Shown: positions 9,689 to 19,057 of the stretch, piece by piece
How the letters are laid out: each line of letters starts with the position of its first letter
How positions within the stretch are numbered: the first letter of the stretch is position 1
Sequence record: NC_042081.1
Strand: one strand, 5' to 3'
Length of the DNA: 64,000 nt
The notes under the pieces: model-generated
Databases searched by the model: none
What the model was told of the DNA's origin: nothing
The model's input: the letters and a program-made list of their open reading frames with translations, nothing else
Translations under genes and position numbers: made by a program

Positions 9689-9735
9689 ACTAGTGTACCT
9701 TAAAATATGTATAAATAAAATAGAGTAATTATAAC

Positions 9736-10188
9736 ATGATCAAAAATGAACTTTTACCAGGGCTAATCTATGCCCAAAAAGAATTTGATAAAATTGCAGC
9801 TAATGTAAAAGACTATGATAAGTATAAAAGACGCGAAGCTGGTAGGGCAAGTGCCGTTTTAAGAAGTCTAGTGAGCAATATTGTAAATCAGAATAAACCA
9901 TCCTCACTTGAACATGAAGGCAAAGTTAGTACTACTAATACTAATGAATATTTAGAAGAAGTTAATAATTACTTCTTTAACATTAATAATATTAAATTAA
10001 TTTCTCCTAAACTCATAAAAGAGAAATTAACAATTGATCTAATGAATATTTATGTTAAATGGAATATGATTGGAGTGGCTGGCCGAAATGATGTTCCAAT
10101 TATTGAACACAGAATTAATGATTGGTGCGAAGTGACCGATGTCTACATTAATGGTAATAAGATAACTTCTTTACAATGGCCACGTTGA
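9736..10188 (+). CDS. hypothetical protein
   Basis: 150-aa ORF. Confidence 0.7.
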   Translation: MIKNELLPGLIYAQKEFDKIAANVKDYDKYKRREAGRASAVLRSLVSNIVNQNKPSSLEHEGKVSTTNTNEYLEEVNNYFFNINNIKLISPKLIKEKLTIDLMNIYVKWNMIGVAGRNDVPIIEHRINDWCEVTDVYINGNKITSLQWPR

Positions 10189-10246
10189 ATTTAAAATAAG
10201 TTGTAATAAAATACCTAGCATTACATGTTATGTATTGAAGCACAAT

Positions 10247-10331
10247 GCCCGAATGGTGAAATTGGTAAACACAGAAGACTTAAAATCTTCCGGCTACGGT
10301 CTTGTCGGTTCGAATCCGACTTCGGGCACCA
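10247..10331 (+). tRNA. tRNA-Leu (TAA)
   Basis: GCCCGAA/TTCGGGC acceptor, GAAGA-CTTAAAA-TCTTC anticodon arm, long variable arm, GGTTCGAATCC, CCA. Confidence 0.95.
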
Positions 10332-10340
10332 ATTTAAATA

Positions 10341-10416
10341 CGGAGTGTAGCGCAGTTGGTAGCGCGCCTGCTTTGGGAGCAGGATGTCGGGAGTTCGAGT
10401 CCCCTTGGGCGCGCCA
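10341..10416 (+). pseudogene. chimeric tRNA-Pro (TGG) with unpaired acceptor stem
   Basis: D and anticodon arms normal; 5' CGGAGTG cannot pair with 3' TGGGCGC (1 Watson-Crick + 2 wobble of 7); T stem has an A-C mismatch; ends GCCA. Confidence 0.75.
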
Positions 10417-10422
10417 TTTAAT

Positions 10423-10498
<76 letters not shown>

Positions 10499-10504
10499 TA
10501 TTCT

Positions 10505-10530
10505 AAAGAGTAGCTTCGGCTACTCTTTTA
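10505..10530 (+). terminator. terminator of the tRNA cluster
   Basis: AAAGAGTAGC-TTCG-GCTACTCTTT. Confidence 0.8.
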
Positions 10531-10582
10531 TGTTGCCATGGGTTATCTTATGAATTAAAATGATTTACTTGAGAGCACACTC

Positions 10583-11590
10583 ATGTTTGAATTACTATTA
10601 TCGCCAGATATAGGCGAAGAGTTACCCTTGGTTGGATTTAATGAAATTATTAAATTAGGTGATCTACCTGTAGCGTTAGCTGGTACAATGTCATATGTGG
10701 ATGGAAATACACTGTATGTTGGATCTGGTCATCATACTGAAGGACAAACAGCTGCAACTGTGTTCAGACGTTTTACCATATCGCCATTTGCCGATATAGG
10801 TGCAACTGCTTCTGGAACATTCTTACCAGGGGTATCTTTAGGATTTGGGACATTACATAAGAATAACTTTATTGTTTATGGCGGTATTACTGGATGGAAC
10901 TCGGCTGGTAATGGTGGTACGGGAACATCTAACTTTATACAACATTTTGATATAGCTACAGGCAATAGGGTTGAGCGATATAGTGGTCCCGTACCACTTT
11001 GGGGCACAGCCTCCGCATCAGATGGTAATGATCTTATTATGTGTGTTAACCCAGTTAGGGTAAATGCAATGCGGTTAAAACCATCAAGTAAGTCTTGGCT
11101 TAGCGGGCAAGACTATTCAGGTGGTGCTCGTTCAGGTCAACAGTTATTCTTTTATAATGGTTACTTTTACCATTTTGGTGGTTGGGATAATACAAAGAAC
11201 ATACCTAATCTTGAAGTTTATCGATATAATGCAACTACCTTAATATGGGAGCAAACACCTTGGATGATTATACCTGCTGATAAAGGAACAATCTGGCAAG
11301 GTAATGGTTATGTAGATGGGGACTATTTTAATTACCTTAACGCTGTTGATGTCGGCGGTGTAACTAAAATGTTTGCACAACGTTTTAATATTAGGCGCCG
11401 GAAATGGGCTGAACCATTTGAACTAGGTATCGGATTCCTTAATATTTCATCTATAGCTAAAGGTCCGGATAATAGCATGATCATTGTAGGTGGATCTAAA
11501 ATGCCAGTTGGTGGTGGAGCATATATGTTGAAAAGCCAATTGTTATCAGGTATCTATCAGGTAAAACTAGCGCCATTAATCATTGATTAA
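10583..11590 (+). CDS. Kelch-like beta-propeller protein, possibly virion-associated
   Basis: Repeated hydrophobic-GG...Y/W units (LYVGSG, FIVYGG, FYHFGGWD...VYRYN...W, MIIVGG). Confidence 0.75.
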   Translation: MFELLLSPDIGEELPLVGFNEIIKLGDLPVALAGTMSYVDGNTLYVGSGHHTEGQTAATVFRRFTISPFADIGATASGTFLPGVSLGFGTLHKNNFIVYGGITGWNSAGNGGTGTSNFIQHFDIATGNRVERYSGPVPLWGTASASDGNDLIMCVNPVRVNAMRLKPSSKSWLSGQDYSGGARSGQQLFFYNGYFYHFGGWDNTKNIPNLEVYRYNATTLIWEQTPWMIIPADKGTIWQGNGYVDGDYFNYLNAVDVGGVTKMFAQRFNIRRRKWAEPFELGIGFLNISSIAKGPDNSMIIVGGSKMPVGGGAYMLKSQLLSGIYQVKLAPLIID

Positions 11591-11624
11591 AATAATAATA
11601 TTTATAACTATTTAGATAATTATA

Positions 11625-11748
11625 CTGGCACGATGATATTATGTAAGAGTACTATAATAAAGTATTCTTAAATCTATCCACTAAACACACTCGGTGGTAG
11701 AACTTATTATAGAGTGTGTCTAAATGCCAGGGGTTTGCCACCCCTGGC
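11625..11748 (+). ncRNA. putative structured RNA element
   Basis: CTGGCA/TGCCAG closes two hairpins (11644-11670, 11685-11719); alternative GCCAGGGG/CCCCTGGC hairpin at 11726-11748; strand uncertain. Confidence 0.4.
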
Positions 11749-11875
11749 TATATTCATTGTTACTATTATAAATTCATTTATAGATGAGAAAAGGTTTTAT
11801 CACCTTTTCAAAATCGGCATTTGATTCTAGTTAAAAAAACTGAATCTATGCTACATTGTAATAAAGGAGTCTATT

Positions 11876-12388
11876 ATGACTAACTCTAATCCGTTTGTAA
11901 GAACTATTGTAAAGTACCAAGATATCCTAGATGCTTTAATTCAAAAAACGAATGAGAACTGGGTTAATTATCGATCTAATTCTATTGGCCATATTGTTAT
12001 TCGTGAATACAGGACTGTTGGATTATTTGTAGGTCGGCAATGTGGTAGTACAACTGCATTGATTGAGTTTGCTAATCGTCATCCTGGCGAATGTCTAGCT
12101 GTATTTGTAGAAGATAAAATTAAACAGGCTGTACTGGCTAAGTTCCAGAATGCTAAAGATAATATTGTTTCTTGTTTAATTACACACCAACTCCGTAAAT
12201 ATATTCATCAACCTGAAGAATCATCTATTCAAAAAGATATTAAAGAAGAATTAATATCGTCTGTAAAATATATTCTTGTTGACAATGCCTCATTTAATCT
12301 GAACCTACGCGGTATCACTGATAAAGAATTTAACCAGTGGGTTGCAGATACTTTTGGTACAGAGGTAATGGTGGTTCGTTTTAGTTAG
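11876..12388 (+). CDS. small P-loop-like protein with degenerate Walker A
   Basis: LFVGRQCGSTT and KYILVDN motifs. Confidence 0.55.
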   Translation: MTNSNPFVRTIVKYQDILDALIQKTNENWVNYRSNSIGHIVIREYRTVGLFVGRQCGSTTALIEFANRHPGECLAVFVEDKIKQAVLAKFQNAKDNIVSCLITHQLRKYIHQPEESSIQKDIKEELISSVKYILVDNASFNLNLRGITDKEFNQWVADTFGTEVMVVRFS

Positions 12389-12549
12389 AATTAGTAACTT
12401 TGATAGTTTCTAATAAGATTAACTACACGTTATTTACATAATGTCATAACAAGAAATAAATAATACTCAGATTGTAATAATATGTAGTTATTACATATCT
12501 ATATTAGGTTGTCAGTAACTCATCTCTAATATAAAATCGCCATAATTCT

Positions 12550-12625
<76 letters not shown>

Positions 12626-12669
12626 ATTCATAGTTTTAGATTTAGTTATATTTCACCACTATGTAAACT

Positions 12670-12695
12670 ATAAAGGCAGCTAATGCTGCCTTTAT
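12670..12695 (+). terminator. terminator after tRNA-Asn copy 2
   Basis: ATAAAGGCAGC-TAAT-GCTGCCTTTAT. Confidence 0.65.
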
Positions 12696-12756
12696 GTCGT
12701 CTTGTAAAAGTACCCAATAGTTGAATCTTATAGTTGAATACAAATAGGGTAAAGAC

Positions 12757-12942
12757 ATGTCACTTAAAGCATTGCAAGATATAGTTAGTAGTGTTCCTAC
12801 AAATGAACGAAAGGAACGATTAGCTAAAGTTCGGAAAACGATGGAAGAGCTAAATGAGTCTATTAAGAATCAGATTCGTAATAAACGACCTAGTCAAGCT
12901 CTTCTCAACAAAACGATAAACTGGGGTACTAAGTATGGCTAA
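12757..12942 (+). CDS. small hypothetical protein
   Basis: 61-aa helical ORF overlapping the next gene. Confidence 0.6.
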   Translation: MSLKALQDIVSSVPTNERKERLAKVRKTMEELNESIKNQIRNKRPSQALLNKTINWGTKYG

Positions 12943-13225
12943 GACATTAGTTCGTGCAAAGCTGATTACTGAGGCTGGTCAATGGATGTCGTCTGACTGG
13001 GAACGTGGTTTCCGTGCATGTCGATTCGTGAAACTTGGTAATGCTCATATAAACATAAAAGACTTTGAGTCTATGATCACGACATTCGAAGTTGGTGATA
13101 TGTTAGTGATTTGGCCAAATGGACTTAGAACTTCGTATAGTGTGGATAATTTCAATAAGTACTTTTCCCATATCAAAGATGAATACTACGAGACTGATTT
13201 TCGTCTACTCTTTTACCCCAAGTAG
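12935..13225 (+). CDS. hypothetical protein
   Basis: 96-aa ORF; terminator-like hairpin at 13278-13296. Confidence 0.7.
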   Translation: MAKTLVRAKLITEAGQWMSSDWERGFRACRFVKLGNAHINIKDFESMITTFEVGDMLVIWPNGLRTSYSVDNFNKYFSHIKDEYYETDFRLLFYPK

Positions 13226-13425
13226 TTGAGCTAGTGCATCTAGGTATTGTATCACTCACCTATCTAAATAACATATACCCTCCCGCAATGGGAGGGCTTT
13301 ATGCCGTTATCTTATGAAGCTGTATTACCATAGCGATTACAAAGTACGCATATGCGAAGTCATTTTAATGGCTTTGCATATGCCATTAACTATAAATTAT
13401 AGTAATTTTTAGAAGAGGCATTTAA

Positions 13426-13584
13426 ATGTTTGAGGCGCTATTATTTACACCACTTGTTAATTTAAAACCTGTTGTGGACGCTATAGACATATATGAAGGT
13501 AGTTTACCACCATCAGCAAGTTTCCAGGTTATCGATTTAGATAATACTGTAACTGAACCAGAGGTTACATCGGATGATAATTGA
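13426..13584 (+). CDS. small protein (52 aa) starting MFEALLFTP
   Basis: Hand-translated; GAGG upstream; overlaps the next gene by 11 nt; N-terminus resembles 10583 (MFELLLSP). Confidence 0.55.
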   Translation: MFEALLFTPLVNLKPVVDAIDIYEGSLPPSASFQVIDLDNTVTEPEVTSDDN

Positions 13585-14548
13585 ACTTAAATGGCTTGAT
13601 CCTAATAAAACAAAATATCATTCCACTGAAATATATCGAGCTAGTCATGAATTTGATAATATTGAAGATGCTGAATTAATTGCTACAGTAGGGCCAGGGA
13701 TAACATCTTATCAGGATACGTCTGTAGAATATAAAAAAACATACTATTATCGTTTTAGATTGATTTATGGATCACAAAAATTTGAAGCATCTGATATGTT
13801 CACATTTTCGGCTATCCCGTATACTGGACCTGGGCCGGCTATTTTCCAATTTGGGGATGAACGTTTTGGTTATTTTGGAAAGTTTCCAATGGACCTGCCA
13901 TCAATACCATCATTTAATATGATTCGTGGCGTATTTGGTTTAGAGCCAATTACAGGTAACTATCTAGAAGTAACCGAACTTCATAAATTTGCAATAGGGG
14001 GTACTATCAGAGGTACTTTCCCATATCCATTGGCAATTGGGTCAGAACTACCAAGAAATAGTGAAATCATACAAACATTGATTAATGGTGGTGCACTTCC
14101 ATTAACAATAGGTTTACATGATTGGAAAATAATAATACCTTCAGCCGAACATCATGATAATCCAAATCACAATGTACAGCATTTCCCAGGTGAATTGCGA
14201 TCAATGATGGCAGTTATTACAGAAATGTATGCTCGTGTTGAAGATGCTGAAACAGGCAACAGAACTGGCGGTAGACTTACATTAAACAATGGTTTAAATA
14301 TGTTCTACGATCCGTTAAGTACCAGATTTCCAGATACCGAAATAAAATATATAATTAGTTCAGATTGGACTGATAATGAGTGTACAGCTATTAATTGGAC
14401 AAATAGAGATGCGACATACCCATTAAGGGCAAAAGAACTCCATACTGAAGTTGTTAATGTATCTACAGATGACATATGGAATAGAATGCTTATTTGGCCA
14501 GTTCTAGTTTACACAGGTCTAACTAAACCGAAGGAAGTACAGCCGTGA
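13574..14548 (+). CDS. putative virion/tail protein with N-terminal FN3-like domain
   Basis: IELKWLDPN...EIYR...SYQD...YYYR...YTGPGP; paralogous N-terminus with the next two genes. Confidence 0.6.
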   Translation: MIIELKWLDPNKTKYHSTEIYRASHEFDNIEDAELIATVGPGITSYQDTSVEYKKTYYYRFRLIYGSQKFEASDMFTFSAIPYTGPGPAIFQFGDERFGYFGKFPMDLPSIPSFNMIRGVFGLEPITGNYLEVTELHKFAIGGTIRGTFPYPLAIGSELPRNSEIIQTLINGGALPLTIGLHDWKIIIPSAEHHDNPNHNVQHFPGELRSMMAVITEMYARVEDAETGNRTGGRLTLNNGLNMFYDPLSTRFPDTEIKYIISSDWTDNECTAINWTNRDATYPLRAKELHTEVVNVSTDDIWNRMLIWPVLVYTGLTKPKEVQP

Positions 14549-16494
14549 GAATTGAATTGACTGACTATAATTCAGATCCATCTACAACTATAAAGATTTA
14601 TAGGCATTATTATCCATTTGACGTAGATAATTTGCCGCCCGTACTAGTTGAATTACCTGGTGATGCAAGTAGCTATACTGATGAGACTCTTATCCTCAAT
14701 ACCATGGTTTATTACAGGATATCAGTTGTACATAATGGCAATGAGGTAGTTGGTCCTTTGTACACCACAATGAAGCGGTACTACACTGGACCACAGATAA
14801 ACAAAGATAGACCTGACCAGATTCTTCGTGGAGACAACTATATTGGTCGTTATGGAACCCTTCCCTTAGACACAGTGTTATCGCTGAATGTAGCGAAACA
14901 GCTAGTACCGTCATGTACAGTTATCGATGGGATCGTCCCTGAGACGATTGAGGTAGAGAAATGTAGTTATCACGGGAACGTGTTGTTCATTTCTACCGTC
15001 CCAGTTTTCCATGGTAGTCCAGAAGATCTATATAACGACGGAGCATTGTTGTCACATGGGGACGGTTCCGGTATTTTGAGTTCGGCGTTATATGATTCCA
15101 TCGCAACTAAAGTCAACCAGGGTAAACCAATAACCTATAATAACTACTCATTCAAGTTTAGGCTGATGACGACTAGTGAGTATGCCGAACTCTATGTCAA
15201 GTTATATCCTGAATCACAAATGGGTCTAGCCTGTGAACGGGTTATCAGTAATTGTAACACGCATCCATTCAAATCACCGGTTGTTAATATCGGTTCTCAG
15301 GGTGAAACATTTAAGACTGTAGGTTTGGACGGCAGTTCTATAGATACTAACTGGACGACTAAAGGACCTTTATACATGGTCGTCGAGCTAATGAATCGCG
15401 GTGATATGGGCTGGCCTAATCCAGAGGTTAGTGTCACTCTTGCAGATCCGACTGATCGGATGATGTTTTGCCAATCAGAGATCGTCAATGGACGTGCCCA
15501 CTTCTTTGGCGGTATCTATAGTAAGTTTAATAGTTACTCATCCGCCATTAATAAACATATTAGTGTGAATCTAGATGGAACAGATCGACAGGTACATGCC
15601 GATATGCCAGTTGGAGTGTATAACGCTTGCACCTGGGTACATGGTAATAAGATCTACTGTTTAGGTGGTGCTAAGAAGATAGGTAGTGGCGAATATACAT
15701 ATTCTGAACTGTATAATGACATTCAGGTATGGGAAGATAATGGTACCCAAGAAGGTATATGGACAACGATAACTAATAGTCTACCATTTTATTATGGCGC
15801 AAGCGTCACCACATACCAAGATATGAAATCAGATAAGAAACGTCTCTTGTATATTGGCGGGTATAACGATGTAGTACCATCTGGTAAAAATAACTTCGCT
15901 ACGGCTGATTTGGATACATTCGATGGTACGTTCACCGTTTATGATAGGGCGACCTTCTATAGCGGTGGTGGTGGTGGACCTGTAACGCAATATGAAGATT
16001 ATTTTCTTTGGGTCGGTCCAGAAACTAGAACAAATAACTATACGAATGCGACATTTAGTTTCACGATTCCCGAGAACGTAGACGACTTTATCTATACAAG
16101 TGGGATTAAACAACAAGGGACTGAATTACCCACAACCAAAGGTGGTAAGATACATGTTTGGCGTGATACGATCTTTATGTTCAGCGAGGCGTCGATTGAT
16201 CAAAAGCAAGGTGAGTTATATCTATATCAATTCGTACCAAGCGAAAGCAGGTGGCTAAAAATAACTGTACCTATACCTGGATTAAGTGAAGATACCCGCG
16301 CATCTATCAGTGGTGCATTCCATGAAGGTAAGTTAGTCCTTATGTTAAATCAACCGTGGACTAATGCTTCATATGTTTCAAGTTTCTATTCCATTAGTCT
16401 AATTGATCCAATCGATGCTCCGATTGTTCCAGTAACTGATGTTGTAGTCGGTAATAGTCGAATATTCACAACATACGCCGAGGTTTCGATATGA
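14545..16494 (+). CDS. putative virion/tail protein, FN3-like N-terminus plus C-terminal Kelch repeats
   Basis: KIYR...SYTD...VYYR...YTGP; RAHFFGG, KIYCLGG and LLYIGG repeats. Confidence 0.65.
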   Translation: MRIELTDYNSDPSTTIKIYRHYYPFDVDNLPPVLVELPGDASSYTDETLILNTMVYYRISVVHNGNEVVGPLYTTMKRYYTGPQINKDRPDQILRGDNYIGRYGTLPLDTVLSLNVAKQLVPSCTVIDGIVPETIEVEKCSYHGNVLFISTVPVFHGSPEDLYNDGALLSHGDGSGILSSALYDSIATKVNQGKPITYNNYSFKFRLMTTSEYAELYVKLYPESQMGLACERVISNCNTHPFKSPVVNIGSQGETFKTVGLDGSSIDTNWTTKGPLYMVVELMNRGDMGWPNPEVSVTLADPTDRMMFCQSEIVNGRAHFFGGIYSKFNSYSSAINKHISVNLDGTDRQVHADMPVGVYNACTWVHGNKIYCLGGAKKIGSGEYTYSELYNDIQVWEDNGTQEGIWTTITNSLPFYYGASVTTYQDMKSDKKRLLYIGGYNDVVPSGKNNFATADLDTFDGTFTVYDRATFYSGGGGGPVTQYEDYFLWVGPETRTNNYTNATFSFTIPENVDDFIYTSGIKQQGTELPTTKGGKIHVWRDTIFMFSEASIDQKQGELYLYQFVPSESRWLKITVPIPGLSEDTRASISGAFHEGKLVLMLNQPWTNASYVSSFYSISLIDPIDAPIVPVTDVVVGNSRIFTTYAEVSI

Positions 16495-17351
16495 TCACAT
16501 TTAAAATTCGGAATCCAAACTCTAGATCTATTACGAGTATAGAGGTGTATCGAGAACTGACGGGGGTGCCAATTCCCGATGTACCGGTTAATCCACCACT
16601 CCAGAAACTAGATGGATTCACTACTGCCATTATTGACTATGATGTTGTAACTGGTAATATATACGACTACCGTATTAGGACCGTACGTGAAGGTGGTGAC
16701 TCTGCAATGAGTCCTGTATTTACGTTCAAAGCTGTATCACCTTACGGACCAGGTGGTTTCTTAGAACCTATGGCTCAAACCGTAGGTGCCGCGCTCCTGG
16801 ATAAAGTAACTAGCCTAGAAGAACTACCCAGCTTACAAGAACTCTTGGCGCTGTTTGACGGACAACCAAATAACGCTATTAACTGGACGGATAAGTGGGT
16901 TAAAGTTAAACAAGGCTCAGATATCTATTTCTTCCCGAGTATGGGTTACATTGAAGTACCCAAGACTAATATAGCGGCCCTACTCAGTCGTATAAATGCT
17001 ACCCCTACAATAACCAAAGGGGATTGCAAATATTCTTTTAGGGCCAGTGATTTACAAGAAAGATCATACATGCCGGTACTAGACGGTAGATTTGTATGTA
17101 AGTACCCACTGCCAACTGAATATCCTCGGAAGTCTATGGCGTCAGCTATTAATGATATCGTCGGTAAGAATATAGATAACGTTAGGGTATTCATGACTGT
17201 ATCCGAATCAACGTCTACTGTAAAGGTTTATAAAGATACACAAAAATATGGATCATCCGTGGCGTCTATAGTCAATCCTGTTTCAGATAGCGGGACAGAT
17301 TGGTATTGGAAACCTATACTGAAATTCGTACAAGAATCGGGGGTGGTTTAA
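16491..17351 (+). CDS. putative virion/tail protein with FN3-like N-terminus
   Basis: RNPN...IEVYR...IIDYD...YDYR...YGPGG. Confidence 0.6.
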   Translation: MITFKIRNPNSRSITSIEVYRELTGVPIPDVPVNPPLQKLDGFTTAIIDYDVVTGNIYDYRIRTVREGGDSAMSPVFTFKAVSPYGPGGFLEPMAQTVGAALLDKVTSLEELPSLQELLALFDGQPNNAINWTDKWVKVKQGSDIYFFPSMGYIEVPKTNIAALLSRINATPTITKGDCKYSFRASDLQERSYMPVLDGRFVCKYPLPTEYPRKSMASAINDIVGKNIDNVRVFMTVSESTSTVKVYKDTQKYGSSVASIVNPVSDSGTDWYWKPILKFVQESGVV

Positions 17352-18211
17352 TGTATATCACTACTAATAATGTTAGGGGTTGGCCAGGTTCTACACCAAT
17401 CGTTACCTTCTGGTCCTATTCGAATGATATACCTTGGGACTATAATAATCTACCACCTCATTACTACCATGACTGGGATCTACTGAGCGGGTTTTATCCA
17501 GGTAGAATACCTGATGACAAATGTATCTGGTTAAATCTCAAGTATAAAGATATATTTGGTCAATTAGCTTACACTGGTCCAATGCGCTCAGTAAGTATCA
17601 GTAGTGGATGGAAAAAGGTATTGGGGTATGCTGATCTAGAGGCTGGGGACGGTATCTACGCTCGATTAACTAAGTCTTATAAAGCAGAGAATCGACCGAC
17701 TCTTAAATCAATCTCAACAACACCATACCTTATCCCAGAAATGAATGTAGATGAAGCACCCACGCCTTACTTCATCGATAACGAATATGTTGCATTCCAT
17801 GATAAGTCTAGTATTAAAACCACAGCAGCAGTTGCCGTTTATCATGCAGGGTATATGGCTAGTTCAGGTGATATGACAGGCGTCTGGCCTCCAGAGTTAA
17901 TTGAACAGATTGGCGGTAATATACAACAAGGTAGGGTTATTGATCTCTTGGATGTAAAATGGTCTGTTTATGTACCTACACTTGCAGAATTCAAGCGGTA
18001 TATGGGTACAGCTTTCCAGACTGGGATAATGTCAGACCAGCCACCAGTAACGAATATAACTCTACCAGATAACATCAAATTCATCACATCAACCCCCTCA
18101 CCGAGGAATGTGAGAATGTTGGTTGCGATTGATAATACTGGGACAGAATATGATGTCGACCCAACTGATGAAGTAGACGTAATGTTTGTATTTAGACCTA
18201 CACTAAAATAA
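17351..18211 (+). CDS. putative virion/tail protein, diverged paralog
   Basis: Start moved to ATG 17351 (TAATG overlap); YTGP motif. Confidence 0.55.
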   Translation: MYITTNNVRGWPGSTPIVTFWSYSNDIPWDYNNLPPHYYHDWDLLSGFYPGRIPDDKCIWLNLKYKDIFGQLAYTGPMRSVSISSGWKKVLGYADLEAGDGIYARLTKSYKAENRPTLKSISTTPYLIPEMNVDEAPTPYFIDNEYVAFHDKSSIKTTAAVAVYHAGYMASSGDMTGVWPPELIEQIGGNIQQGRVIDLLDVKWSVYVPTLAEFKRYMGTAFQTGIMSDQPPVTNITLPDNIKFITSTPSPRNVRMLVAIDNTGTEYDVDPTDEVDVMFVFRPTLK

Positions 18212-18225
18212 CTTTATATGCCATA

Positions 18226-18249
18226 AGACCCCTCTATATAGAGGGGTCT
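18226..18249 (+). terminator. terminator of the structural cluster
   Basis: AGACCCCTCT-ATAT-AGAGGGGTCT. Confidence 0.65.
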
Positions 18250-18370
18250 ATTTATAAGTAAAATTATACATAGAGTCAATATTATTTGTAGATTAGTTCT
18301 ACACATAACTCAACTTGAAACCGGGTGTTAATAAAATTTAACACTACGGAAAACATAAAGGTGTATAAAA

Positions 18371-18955
18371 ATGGCTTTTCATTTTACTGAATTAGATTTA
18401 AATGATTTTATCAATGAATCAGGTAAAGACTTAAAAATAAATGTTGGTAAACAAACACTAGCAGTTTATGATGTCAATAGACTAAATATTGTTAATTCGG
18501 CTATTAATAAACTAGTTTATAATGAACCTATAAGTGAAAAACACATAGACGCATCACTTACAGATAATTCATTAAAAGAGCTTAATGATTATTTACTAAA
18601 TGTTGGTGTTACTGAAAGCGCTAAAATGATGATTGATGCTGTGTTAGAATTAAGCGATTATCATAAAAGTGATGAATACTTTAACCCAGTGATGTATAAA
18701 TTAAAAAGTATGCACACTAAAAATACAGATGGTGTTTATTTGATATTTTTACCAACACCTACTATCGATGATCAAATTAACACCATGCAAGGATATATTA
18801 TCAATAAATCCGGTAATCTCATTAGGACTACCGTACAGTCATGGCGATTTGAGAAAATTGAATTCAAAGACTTAGCCAAACATGATAGACGTTGGTTATT
18901 TATTGAATATTACATTAATGTTAAACAAACGAAAAATAATATAATCAAAGAGTAA
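18371..18955 (+). CDS. hypothetical protein
   Basis: 194-aa ORF with AAGGTG upstream. Confidence 0.7.
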   Translation: MAFHFTELDLNDFINESGKDLKINVGKQTLAVYDVNRLNIVNSAINKLVYNEPISEKHIDASLTDNSLKELNDYLLNVGVTESAKMMIDAVLELSDYHKSDEYFNPVMYKLKSMHTKNTDGVYLIFLPTPTIDDQINTMQGYIINKSGNLIRTTVQSWRFEKIEFKDLAKHDRRWLFIEYYINVKQTKNNIIKE

Positions 18956-19022
18956 CAAGATGAATTAACTAAATTTATTTATTATAGTACTCCAAGTTAA
19001 AATAAATAAAAAAATAAATATA

Positions 19023-19049
19023 AGAGCTAGCCCCTAATGGGCTAGCTCT
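19023..19049. terminator. bidirectional terminator between convergent genes
   Basis: AGAGCTAGCCC-CTAAT-GGGCTAGCTCT with an A-tract on the left. Confidence 0.7.
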
Positions 19050-19057
19050 ATGTTATC

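Noticed and set aside
12469-12533. Two AT-rich hairpins upstream of tRNA-Asn copy 2
   Set aside because: Stems are almost all A-U in very AT-rich DNA and plausibly chance
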